Below are positions 43,251-54,290 of a stretch of 64,000 nucleotides of DNA, piece by piece (within the stretch, counting starts at the first letter, position 1; the number at the start of each line of letters is the position of its first letter). The notes under the pieces were generated by a model. The model had not been told where the DNA came from and made no database searches. It saw only the letters and a list, made by a program, of their open reading frames with translations. The DNA is taken from the NCBI RefSeq assembly GCF_001194135.2, contig NC_068981.1, positions 181,838,696-181,902,695 of the forward strand, read 5' to 3'. Both the position numbers and the translations under genes were made by a program. This DNA is from Octopus bimaculoides (Eukaryota).

Positions 43251-45993
43251 GTTTTAGGGAAAATAACCAAGTTTCAAGAACTCATCGATGAAAATCCACT
43301 ATCACATATAGAAAAATTAATAATTGAAAGCACAATAAATGAGTATAATATAAAGTAAAGTAAAATCATACGATAAATATAATGTAATATTATATTATTC
43401 TTATGATATTTACTTTACTTTATATTATACTCATTTATTGTGCTTTCAATTATTAATTTTTCTATATGTGATAGTGGATTTTCATCGATGAGTTCTTGAA
43501 ACTTGGTTATTTNNNNNNNNNNNNNNNNNNNNNNNNNNNNNNNNNNNNNNNNNNNNNNNNNNNNNNNNNNNNNNNNNNNNNNNNNNNNNNNNNNNNNNNN
43601 NNNNNNNNNNNNNNNNNNNNNNNNNNNNNNNNNNNNNNNNNNNNNNNNNNNNNNNNCATCCATCCGGAATTTCCTCCCCATTCTTGTCTTTCCTGCAGGC
43701 ACTGATGTACAACAAATTAAACACAACATTCACTGCATCAATTTCTCCAGTCTCAGAGGAACTGCAAGGATTATGGGCTTAGTCATTCCTCCAGATTCAG
43801 GAAGTAAAAAAACAAACAAAAAAAAACAGGCACAGACAACTTTTTGTGAGAAGAAGGCCCCACAAGACATGACTCATCACAAGGCAGGCTGTATTATTAA
43901 AAACACTGAAGCTTAGTTTTTGTTTAGGCATGCCATTAAGTCCCATGGGTCAAACACTAGTCATGACTGTTTTAGACTACTGCCCTTTCGTTTCAAGCCT
44001 GGCTCCAACTACTGTGCTGAGTCCTTGGAATAGACATCCGTACAAGAGTCAAAGAAACCTTAACATAAAAGCTAAAGATGAAGTCTATGTGGTTATTTAA
44101 TTTGCTAAAAACAGCAACTAAATCAACCTCAATCATACCATACCTCTTATAAAAGTAGGATGTATTGGATAACATCCTGTTATCCAATACATCCTGTTAT
44201 CCAATACCTCCTGTATCCAATACATCTTGTACAAATTTTGTCCTTGGGTAACAAATATTATTTTCTATTTGTTTACCCCTAGAAGGTGTGAAAAATAGCC
44301 AATATTTCCTTCAAACTTCGTTTTTGTTTCATTTATTCAAACCCCAGATGTACATATTGTCAGTAACTAAGGGATATGCTCAAGTGGTTAAGATCAAGCA
44401 ACTGACAAACAAATCTGTGCTATTGAGCAGAACATTTTGCTGTAACAATATTTCTGCAATTGCAACTGAGCACAGAAAAAGGTCAGTTTCACAACATTGA
44501 TATCCTGGGCACAAAAGCAAAGTGTGAAGGGAATAGTAGTCATTTCCTTTGATTTCTAGATAGAACCAAATAGGAAATAACACTTATCAAAGACCAAAAA
44601 ATAAAAAAATTGTTACACAGTGCAATGTAAGCCTAAATATACTATGACAGGAAAACAGAAAGGTTGATCAAAGACAGATGCTTTTGAGTGGAGGTCTAAC
44701 CTGGTTTTAAACAACAACTATGCATACCTAAATCTGCATAGCTGTACCTAAGTGCCACTGTTACCTCACAGATATATATATATATATAAAAAAAAGACAC
44801 AGACATGTAAAAACAGTCATCCCAATAATATGAATATGTAATCAGTTGAAACTGTGAATTTAATATTTGGATATATTAAAGCAGTTAAAACACCAAAAGA
44901 AAATGTATAATAGAAGAAAAAAAAAACAAAACAAAGGTAGCTACTAACCTTTCTCGATCCCACTCACAGTCACTACCAACACTGCATCCACTGCGACAAC
45001 TGGAGCAGGTTGAACTGATGCTCTCAGTATAGCGCAGCCGTTGAATCCTTGGAATTTCCAGACAGGCTTCCGAGTCATCTGGTAACATAGCACCATGGCT
45101 CACACTGCTACCACCACCGCCGCCAACACTACCCCGACGGTAGGGGTTGCCAGCCTTGTGTTGGAACTTTTCAAGGGCACAAGCATTCATTGCTGTACTG
45201 AACTTCAATGTTCCTTTGCAGTCTGGCTCCGTGACGCGATTCGAGTGGCACACTTTCCGCTTGTTCTTGATGAGGTCTCCTCCAGCATGGCTCGTTGCTT
45301 CTGTGCTGCGACGACAGCTCCCTAAGTAGTGACTTGATGGCCGGATTGTTGCAGCTGATTCAGCACACTCTTGTAATAGATGATCATGGCTTGGGTTGTG
45401 TGCTGAGTGAACTTGTTTGTGGTTACTCTGTTGCTGCTGCTGCTGTTGTTGTTGTTGTTGTTGTGGCTGCTGTGACAGTGATGGAGGTGAAGATGAAGAA
45501 TTCTGTTGCACATCCTGCTTCTGCTGCTTCTGCTGCAGTCCTACTTCATGTATAGCATCTATATCCTCGACAGAACTCGACGGCTGTATTGATATACGAG
45601 GAATTTCAAACTGAATATCATACTGCCAACTTTGGGTCATTGCAGGCGGTATATCCATAGTGGAAGGGAGCTGGGGTGACAGAGATGAAGAGGGTGGCAT
45701 GAATGAGGGCAATGACAGGTTCTGGCTCACCAGGCGGTCAGTTATATCATGGTGTGTGGTCAGAATATCTGTGGATGTGTTGGGGCTCTCGCAAGCCTCC
45801 GGTTTGTGTCGAACTTGTTTAGGGGATGGAGTAGATGATGGTGAGGATGGGTAAGAGTGTTGATAGCTTAATGAATGTGACTCTTGTTGAAGCTGTGATG
45901 GTGACTGGTAAGATGGATTTACTGGTAAACTTGCTGTGTCACAAAGTTCAGCTCCACAACTAGCCTGGGCAGCATCAACTCTGTCATTTGGAA

Positions 45994-46024
<31 letters not shown>

Positions 46025-46735
46025 AGTATTACTACTGGTACTACTATTACTACTGCTATTGCTACTAGTGTCCATGGCACAATCGGCAGAACTGTGGTGA
46101 TCATCATCATCACATGATGACACCGGATTGCTCAGGCTCCCACTGGAGCCAATGTTCTCACTAGAAAAACCAGAGTCTTTACTGGCACATTTGTTCAGAG
46201 ATGAAATCTCTACACTTTCAACAGTTCGGTGGTCACTGGCAGGTGACCCTTTGAGTATTATGGTAACCACAGATGGAGAATGACTCATCTGTCCAATACT
46301 AAACTCACCCTCACTATCTGGAGTGACTGGGCTACCTGAGCTGGGCGAATGGACCAAAATATCTTCCTGACAAGCAGCGGAGTCTTGGTAGAGGGCAGGA
46401 GTTAGTGGAGAGATGGTTAAAAACCGGGCATCCATAGATGCAACTTTTTCTGTTTGACAAGACACCTGTGACTGGCTGTCAATATCAGACTGATGAATCA
46501 ACGAGGACGACAGGTCTATCTCTGGTTCATCTGCACTGCACAGGGCCTTCTCTAAGGTAAATAATTCATCCCGGCTGAGAGTGTAAAGAAGTTCTCTGAT
46601 AAAAGAATAGAAAGAAAAGAAAAAAGGTTTAAAAATTAAAAATAAATTTTGCTTTTTTACATGGTACCATTTTACACACTCAGAATGTATTTTATCCACA
46701 TTTTTCAAATTATTTCACTTTACTTGTATAGTTTA

Positions 46736-46780
<45 letters not shown>

Positions 46781-49700
46781 ATATATATATATGCATGACA
46801 TGAGGTCTTTGATGTTGATGTAAGTTTGTTCACTGAATGACAAAAGAAAAAACTTAGAAAAAAGTTGTCAAAAAAAAAAAATAATAATTCACATATCTAT
46901 TTTCACATTACATATCTATATAAGAACCATACCCAGCTTGTGACAGCTGTAATGGTATTGAATTTGAGTCCCTGAAAACTTAAAAGTCAATAAATTTCAA
47001 GTTTCCAAGGATGCAAATTTAGTAATAATTGTTCAGGCTGCATCATTTATGACCATTATACACCACAGAAAAAATTTAAGGTAAAGAATAGATATATCTA
47101 AGTACAATGTTTATAGATAAGACCTCTTTTCATTGACCACATTATTTCAAACATTTCATAAAAAAACATACCTTATTTTATAAAGGAGGGGCTGAAAAGG
47201 ACGGAACATCTCCGACATATTGCTAGTTTCCATGTCTGGATTTAGTGGACCCTCAGGGTATACAAGAAGACCGCTGAAACAATAATTGGTGATCAGTTTT
47301 AAGCATCTGTGGTGCCATCAAGTAAACAATTTTAGATAATTCCATAAATTAGTGACTAAATTAGATTTAGGGAAAATAAAATACAAAAATCCTGCAAAAA
47401 TTTTGTTTACATGCAAATAACTGACACCAAGGAACAGAAATCATTATTTTTGCTTTAGCTTGATTCAACTTTGCACTGGTGCTTTCTTAAGTTTTGCCAA
47501 CATATGGCACTCCGTCGATTACGACGACGAGGGTTCCAGTTGATCCGATCAACAGAACAGCCTGCTCATGAAATTAACGTGCAAGTGGCTGAGCACTCCA
47601 CAGACACATGTACCCTTAACGTAGTTCTCGGGGAGATTCAGCACGAGACACAGTGTGACAAGGCTGACCCTTTGAATTACAGGCATAACAAAAACAGGAA
47701 GTAAGAGTGAGAGAAAGTTGTGGTGAAAGAGTACAGCAGGGTCCACCACCATCCCCTGCTGGAGCGCCGAGGAGCTTTACGTGTTTTCGCTCAATAAACA
47801 CTCACAACGCCCGGTCTGGGAATCGAAACTGCGATCCTACGACCGTGAGTCCGCTGCCCTAACCACTGGGCCATTGCGCCTCCACTTTGCCAACATACAT
47901 GCATACATAAATACGTATGTGTATATATGTATATATATATAAAGATACAAACATATATGCCAAGGCCAGTAAAGCATTGGATAGACTGTCCTGCAACATT
48001 TGTTCCGGCACCTTCTACTCTCACCTCAAATCCTGCTGAGGTTAACTTTCTCTTTTATCACTTCTGGATTAGTAATAAAGTACCAGTACAGGGTAGTGAG
48101 ATGGCAGCAATCGTTGGAGAAAAGGAGATGCCTGTTCTGGGTCTTTGCATCCATCGTTCAAATTCCACCAAGAGCTACAAATCCTACTGATGCCCATGTC
48201 ACCAACCCCGCCTTCCTGCACTGAGGCAATGTGCCAAGGCAGACTATGACACACTGCAGCACCTCTCTGTAATCAGAAAGGCCACCAGTCATCTCAATAC
48301 AGTTTGAGTCAACGTTACAGAAACCTTGAAGATCAAAGAACGCAAGGGACTGAACTCCTGTCTCTTTCTCCACATTAACCAAACTCACTGGCAAATGGTT
48401 CCTGGGGTTTCAGACTCAGAAAACATTGGAAACATCCTCAACAACAATAAAGAAACGCCACTGCCACCGAGATTTCATATATTTATATGTGTGTGTGTGT
48501 ATGTGTGAACAGTTTTAAGTCCAATCATCAAAACTACTGTGTCAGGTAAACTCAGGACTTAGTTACTGTCTTGGTAATAAGTTGTAAACAACAAATTTTT
48601 AGCCCTTTTTGACATCTGTACTTACACACTAACAGATGAATATGCATTGAAAGTCAGTTGTAAGAAATCAATACAGAGGTTTGTTTCTTCCAGCTGGCTT
48701 CACTAGTAAGTTTAGACAAAAGCCATATTCCTTAGGATGGGGAGAAGCAGTGACTTGTTACTTTAAGAAAATAGCTTCAACCTTCTTGAAACAAATTAGA
48801 ATTACTAGAGAAATGAGGGTGAAAGAACAACAGAATCAATAGAAAAATCAGATAAATTTGCATATCAATGTCTGGTATATACTTCTGCCTTATAAACATG
48901 GATGCTTGGTAAGCTGGTAGAATCACAAGTACACCAGGCAAAATGTTTAGTGGCACCTTGTCTGTCTTTACGTTCTGAGTTCAAATTCCACTGAGGTTGG
49001 CTTTACCTTTCATCTTTTCGAGGATGGATAAAATAAGTACCACTTGAGCACTGGGGTCAATGTAATCAACTTACCCCCTCCCCACTCCCAAATTGCTGGC
49101 CTTGTGCCAAAATGTGAAACCATTATTACTGTTATTATTATGATGATGGTGGTGGTGGTGGAGGACTGACAGAATTGCTAGCATATTAGACAAAATGCTT
49201 AGTGATATTTCTTCTAGCTCTGTATGTTTTGCATTCAAATTCAGCCAAAGTTGACTTTGTCTTTCATCCTTTCAGGGTCAATAAATTAAGTACCAATCAA
49301 GAACTGGGGCTACTATTATCAACTTGCCCCACTGCACTTGAAATTGCTGTCTTTGTCTCATGTACATTTAATTTAGCTATATAATAAAATGGTGTCCATG
49401 GTCTAAATAGCTGTTTCTAGAATATCCCAGCTATTGGAACATTATGTCAAGCGAGGAGAGGGAGAGGTTAAATAGATGTGACAGTGGAGGAACATTATTC
49501 ATCATTTTATACCTATATAACAGGCAGTCCATCAGTTATGACAATGTGGGTTCCAGTTGATCTGATCAACAGAACAGCCTGCTCATGAAATTAAAGTGCA
49601 AGTGGCTGAGCACTCCACAGACACATGTACCCTTTCAGTGTGACACATAGTGTGCCAAGGCTGACTCTTTGAAATACATGAGTACTACTCATTTTTGCCA

Positions 49701-52672
49701 GCTGAGTGGACTGGAGCAATGTGAAATGAAGTGTCTCACTCAAGGGAACAATGTTTCACTGGGAACTGAACTCATGGCCTTACGAATGTGAGCCAAATAC
49801 CTTAACCACCAAGCCAAGTGCTTTCACATACATATATATACATTACACATGCTACATATGTATAAAGCAAAGAAACAAGGACACACATTGTCGGTGCCCA
49901 CAAACCAACATATGTGGCTTGCTTAGAAGACATGTAACATTACAAAGAAACTGAATGCTATAACAAGGGTTACAGCAGACAGCCTTGTAGTGAGTCATAG
50001 AGCAGAGCAAATCCAATAATAAAAATACAGGGTCAAGAAGTAAGCAAGTGACAGGATGCAACTATGTGCTTGTCATTCAGGGACCTACTATTAAAAACAT
50101 GATAAGCACAATTTTAGTAGTTTGTAACAAGTACCTACAGCTTGAAGATCGTTTTTAAAATCTTTTGTTTTATTAACTGATGTGCACAAGTACTGATGTG
50201 CATGTTTGTATGTCCCTATGTACGTATGTATGCCACTAAAGGAATATAAAAATATATGAACATTTTAAAATTATATTTAACATATTTAACATAAGAAAGT
50301 GAAATAATTTTCGTTTTCATCATGAGTAAAAAATTTTGAATTTTCTGGATACCTAATTCTAAAATAAGTAAAATATACTTTTTAACACAGATTTCAAATT
50401 TTGGCTCAAGGCCAGCAATTTGGGGGCAGGGTAAATCGTTTTACATTGATCCCCGTGTTCAACTGGTAATTAATTTATCAACCCTGAATGGATGAAAGAC
50501 AAAGTCAACCTTGGCAGAATTTTAACTTGGAAGGTAAAGATGGATGAAATGCCACAAAACATTTTGCCCAGCATGATAACAATTCAGCCAGCTCACCATC
50601 TTTATATATATTTTTTTTCAATATTAAAAAGATACAGGATAAGATTTTACTAGAAATTTCTTAAAACAGCAATGCATCATTTTAAAATGACACACTGAAG
50701 TTTTGTAACAAATACTAGAGAAAGAGATGCTATGCTGTTGCCCTTACTGGTAATCTCTGGTCTTAAATACTTACCAAACAATAGCCAATCGAGGGATAGT
50801 GAACATTAGTGCAGGGTCATAGTCATCTATCATCTCCTGAGTAAGAAGACCTAACTTTAGTGATCTGCAAAAAAATTTAAAATTTCTCTTTAATTAAAGA
50901 ATGACACTCAAAATTGTAACAACTAATTTTTGTCTCCAAATGAATGCACACATAAGAGTGATATATCTTCTTAATTTGTAACCAAATGTTTTAGAAATTG
51001 ATCCATTTTAACCACTCCTTGAGAATAGTTGAGGAAAAAAAATAAAAATTTAACATTAAAGCCTGCTGTTTAGTATCTATGAGAGAGGGAGTTCTTAAAG
51101 TCAATGCGAAAACAGAAAAGTATAAATGTGCATTCATGTGAATCAGTGTGTGAAGATTAAAGATATATAAAAACTACTGGAAAGAAAAATTGTTTGTCAA
51201 AATATATGAAGGACAATGACAGATATAGGTGGATGGATTACAGTTCACATGATACTGCTACAACCGTTCAGTGACACCCTTTTGGTAAGGTATATAACTC
51301 TGTAAGGACTTAGTGTTTGTGAATAACACTTATTTCGCAGGTGAGCATTTTGTGAAGTGTCAACTATGAAAATAATAGCTGTAGCAACAACAATCTCAGT
51401 ACTATTTGCATGAGGCAAATAATACGTGTAAAATATCAAAAATTAGATTGATATTTCTTATATTTTAGATTTCTTTTTTAACCCTAAAGTAGTCAGATTT
51501 CTCAAGTTTAATGTGTTTATTCACATTGATATGAATTAGTCATGCATTACCTTGTAGTTTTGAGATTTCAATGATATGATTGCTTAGTTTTAAAATATCA
51601 GATCCATGAAGAGGTAGAAAAGCAGACACTAAAATGATGATTAATTAGGCTGTGTATTTTAAAAAAAATAAGGTTACAAAATGGTGAGGAAGTCAACAGA
51701 TAGAGCTTCTTTTGTCAGACTTTCAGTAATTTTAACATAAAAACTGAACACAGGTGTCAAAACCATGATGATAGAAAATATAAAAATGCCTAGATCAAAG
51801 TTCTCAATCATTTATGCACTGAGTCAATATTTTCCAATTAATGAAGGCATGTGAGGAAAATAACTCAAAAATAAATTCTCCAAATGGCAGAGTAGCAGTC
51901 TGGAGAACCTTGCACAAGATATTATGCATACAGTGATGATATCAACTTCTCAGACTATTTGCAACACCTGTCCACTTGGTTGATTCCTATTCTAAACATA
52001 TGAATATAATAAAGAGGAAAAGAAAATATATTTCTTGCAATATCACCATTCAAAAAAGAAAAATATGACAAACTTATTACAAGCAGTCATATTACCAAAT
52101 TACCAAAGACAAGATTCCTTGGAAATTATATTCATCAATTTCCATGTAAACCTTCCTTACCTGCATTTAAGCTTTGTAGGGTTGAGGCAAAATATACACT
52201 GCAAATGAGAAGTTGTCAAGTGTCTCAACTAACAAAATACTGATTTGTTCCAGTGAACATTAACTGTTTTGATATCAACCTGATTGATATTTCTTTTAGT
52301 CTTATAAAGCAAAATCACATTTTAACCTTTAACATTTAAACAAGCAACATGCAGCTTGTTTTGAGTACAAATCAACTAAATCCAGCCTCTCACACCTACC
52401 ATACAATGTCATTCTAAAAATAAACCATCATTTCATTGAAATCTCTTAGCTACAAGAATGCATGTTTAATTCAAAACAATGTGACTAATAATGTTCCAGA
52501 TAAGATGAGATTCATACATTAAATTGACTTCTTTATTATTTTCAAAGACATGGTCACAAAATAATCAAGTGATTTCACTCACCTATGCACAGTTTCTGAA
52601 AACAAAACAGTCACCTCTTGCAATATATCATATTCTTTCATTGTCTTCACAGGAACCATTGCACTCACATAG
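36528..52672 (-). CDS. ZFYVE28: Lateral signaling target protein 2 homolog (ZFYVE28/LST2), 3' eight coding exons; 5' end outside window
   Basis: Exons 52672-52583, 50864-50775, 47273-47172, 46595-44949, 40804-40644, 39259-38969, 38642-38539 and 36653-36528 join in frame (2611 nt) with GT-AG introns. They contain the LST2 motifs [31 protein letters not shown] and [29 protein letters not shown], and a C-terminal FYVE domain. Confidence 0.95.
37044..37402 (+). mobile_element. Young SINE family C copy, slightly 5'-truncated
   Basis: About 90% identical by eye to the reverse complement of 47505-47885. Confidence 0.9.
37690..38100 (-). mobile_element. RTE-clade LINE 3' remnant (Rex3/Expander-like)
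   Basis: [34 protein letters not shown] matches the RTE C-terminal pattern PTGRRPRGRPRTRW; disrupted by stops and frameshifts. Confidence 0.6.
38539..38642 (-). CDS. ZFYVE28: LST2 exon (104 nt), FYVE N-half: [34 protein letters not shown]
   Basis: WxxD and RRHHCR FYVE signatures; acceptor tttgcag, donor AAG|gtaaac. Confidence 0.96.
38969..39259 (-). CDS. ZFYVE28: LST2 exon (291 nt, phase 1-1): [24 protein letters not shown]...RSRSFQ
   Basis: Lies within ORF 38883-39257; acceptor tctttctag, donor G|gtaagc. Confidence 0.95.
39985..40386 (+). mobile_element. Mariner DD34D 3' part in an LST2 intron
   Basis: HQDNAQPH...[12 protein letters not shown] with exactly 34 residues between the Asp codons at 40029 and 40134; ends ...ttatgggatgacccaa+TA. 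Confidence 0.9.
40430..40620 (-). mobile_element. Repeat family D copy
   Basis: gctagatgcccttcctaacaccaaccact core. Confidence 0.7.
40644..40804 (-). CDS. ZFYVE28: LST2 exon (161 nt): [53 protein letters not shown]
   Basis: Acceptor aatctttcag, donor G|gtgagt; conserved DDEEIALA...[11 protein letters not shown] motif. Confidence 0.95.
41090..41290 (-). mobile_element. SINE family A 3' half
   Basis: tttgtttcagtcatttcactgcggccatgctggagcaccgcc tail. Confidence 0.8.
42800..43140 (-). mobile_element. SINE family A, diverged
   Basis: Tail and core recognisable. Confidence 0.7.
43261..43512. repeat. Fold-back: perfect 104-bp inverted repeat with a 44-nt spacer
   Basis: 43261-43364 is the exact reverse complement of 43409-43512; the right arm runs into an N gap. 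Confidence 0.92.
44157..44228. repeat. 18-bp perfect hairpin followed by two further tandem copies of the inverted arm
   Basis: aggatgtattggataaca-tcc-tgttatccaatacatcct, then gttatccaatacctcct and gtatccaatacatctt. Confidence 0.85.
44949..46595 (-). CDS. ZFYVE28: LST2 large exon (1647 nt, phase 2-2), mostly disordered Ser/Gln/Asn-rich linker
   Basis: Lies within ORF 44885-46708. Begins [20 protein letters not shown] after acceptor ttttatcag and ends WDRE at donor AG|gttagt; in frame with both neighbours. Confidence 0.92.
47172..47273 (-). CDS. ZFYVE28: LST2 exon (102 nt, phase 2-2): [33 protein letters not shown]
   Basis: Acceptor attgtttcag, donor AG|gtatg; conserved LST2 motif. Confidence 0.95.
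47505..47885 (-). mobile_element. Full-length young tRNA-derived SINE (family C), 381 bp
   Basis: tRNA-like head ggcgcaatggcccagtggttagg (A box) and gtttcgattcc (B box); CpG-rich; 12-bp TSD tttgccaacata (47493-47504, 47886-47897). Confidence 0.9.
48908..49350 (+). mobile_element. Two tandem SINE family B copies
   Basis: Head and core motifs occur twice, separated by a (TGA)(TGG) simple repeat. Confidence 0.78.
49525..49825 (-). mobile_element. Older SINE sharing the family C 3' domain
   Basis: gttgatctgatcaacagaacagcctgctcatgaaatt...gtggctgagcactccacag core. Confidence 0.75.
50393..50600 (-). mobile_element. SINE family B
   Basis: Reverse-complement full-length motifs. Confidence 0.75.
50775..50864 (-). 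CDS. ZFYVE28: LST2 exon (90 nt, phase 2-2): [29 protein letters not shown]
   Basis: Acceptor ttttttgcag, donor TG|gtaagt; conserved LST2 motif. Confidence 0.95.
52322..52490 (-). mobile_element. Partial copy of the TTAA-bounded MITE
   Basis: ttaacctttaacatttaaa...tccagcctctcacacctacc is the reverse complement of the 1919-2134 core. Confidence 0.55.
52583..52672 (-). CDS. ZFYVE28: LST2 exon (90 nt, phase 2-2): [29 protein letters not shown]
   Basis: Acceptor ttctcttttag, donor AG|gtgagt; matches the conserved LST2 N-terminal helical region. Confidence 0.93.
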
Positions 52673-53131
52673 CTAAAAGAGAAACAGATTAGAAAACTTA
52701 ATTATATATAGGTGTGTGTGTGTGTGTGTGTGTGTTGACTCATATAAGGAAATATAGACATTGGAGTTTGACACAGTTGAACTCCAATTTTGTTAAACTG
52801 TCCAACCCATCCCAGCACAGAAAACATGTTGAACAATGGGGATGAGAACCCAAAAGCTTATTATCTCTTGTCGCTGTGTTTTCTGACTAGAATTTAATTC
52901 TTTTAATATTTTTAACCAGTAGAGAATAAACAACTGAATTAGCATGACAGAATGCAGACAGGAGAAAAAAAGTCTCAAAGTAATACAATGTATGTCAGAG
53001 TGTGTGAAAATTATGTAAGTGTACACAGAGCATGTGCATTTGCTGCATCTATAAATCATAACTTGCTAACAGAGCAGTTTTACAATTCATGAAATTACAT
53101 GTGCATGTAAGTGTTTTATATTTATATACGT

Positions 53132-53481
53132 CAGGGGTTCTCAACCATTTTTTATCCATGGAAGCCTTTGATTGTTATTTTAGCCTGGTGGTCTCCTATA
53201 GTCAATCAATGCATGGAAACTAGTTTTACAGAAACTTCTTTCAAAATTCTTATTTTGTAATTCACACATTAACTTGTGTAGCTTGATCTATGCAAAATGT
53301 TAGATAAAGAAACCCAACTGTTTCTTGCAGTAAATGCCAAAGCATACACCTAAAGCAACATTTTTTCAGAATACTATTTAGGATATTATTATGGATCCCC
53401 AATTTACTATTTTGTTACATGGACCCCCAAAATCTTACATAGACCCTCAGGGGTCATATGGAACCTGGTTGAGAACCACTG
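53132..53481. mobile_element. hAT (Buster/Charlie-type) MITE
   Basis: Termini caggggttctcaacc / ggttgagaaccactg; TSD atatacgt / atatatgt; the right end is duplicated again at about 53526-53557. Confidence 0.85.
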
Positions 53482-53564
53482 ATATATGTATAACCAATTT
53501 TGTTGCACGTAAGTTTTAAGAATAAAATCTTATATGGACCTTGGTTGAGAACCACTGATTCAAC

Positions 53565-54290
53565 GCATCAGACAAAATGCTTAGCAATTTTTTTTCCAGC
53601 TCTTTTTGTTCTGAGTTCAAATCTCTTTGAAGCCAACTTTGCCTTTCGTCTTTTGGGATCAATAAAATAAGTTCCAGATGAGCATTGGGGGTGTGGAGTG
53701 GGGTGTCAATGTAACCAATTAGCCCTCACCTACTTAAAGATGCTGGCCTTGTCTCAAAATTTGAAGCAATTATCATTATTACTGAGGTTAACTTTGGCTT
53801 TCATCCTTTTGAAGTCGAATTAAATTACCTGTTAACACCTGGGTTGATGTAATCAGCTAGCCCTTTCTCTTCAGGGCAGTGGATCGACAGAATTGTTAGA
53901 TTAGAACAAATACCACAAATCATTTTGTCCAATAATCTATGTTCTGGATTCAGTTTCTGCTGAGCTCAACTTTGCTTTTCATCCATTTGCAGTCAGTAAA
54001 ATCAAATACCTGTGAAATACTAGGGTCATTTCCCTCAGGACTGCTGGCCTTGTGTCTAAATCAGAAGCAATAGTAATATTGATTTCAAATTTTAGCACAA
54101 GGCCAGCAATTTTGGGGAAGCGGGTAAGTTAATTATGTCAGTGTCCAGTGCTCAACTGTTACTTATTCTATTGAGCCCAAAAGGACAGAAGGTAAAGTCA
54201 ACCTCGACAGAATTTGAACTCGGAATGTAGACAAACGAAATGTTGCTTAGCATTTTGCCCAGCTTGCTAGCAATTCTGCCAGCTCATTCC
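53565..54290. mobile_element. Cluster of four SINE family B copies (three plus, last minus)
   Basis: Repeated core motifs; the last two copies meet tail to tail at about 54065-54080. Confidence 0.75.

Noticed and set aside
47820-47885. tRNA-like sequences with A and B boxes
   Set aside because: They are SINE heads running into SINE bodies; I saw no complete cloverleaf tRNA, rRNA or CRISPR array in the window.
48120-48470. GC-richer island with several short ORFs; [12 protein letters not shown] faintly recalls a GIY-YIG tail of Penelope-like elements
   Set aside because: Similarity is too short, there are stops in all frames and there is no LST2 or CerS homology; at best an unclassified TE relic.
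52160-52240. Strong minus-strand donor (cag|gtaagg) inside an LST2 intron
   Set aside because: Flanking LST2 exons already join in frame with conserved sequence, and the candidate exon peptide has no LST2 similarity.
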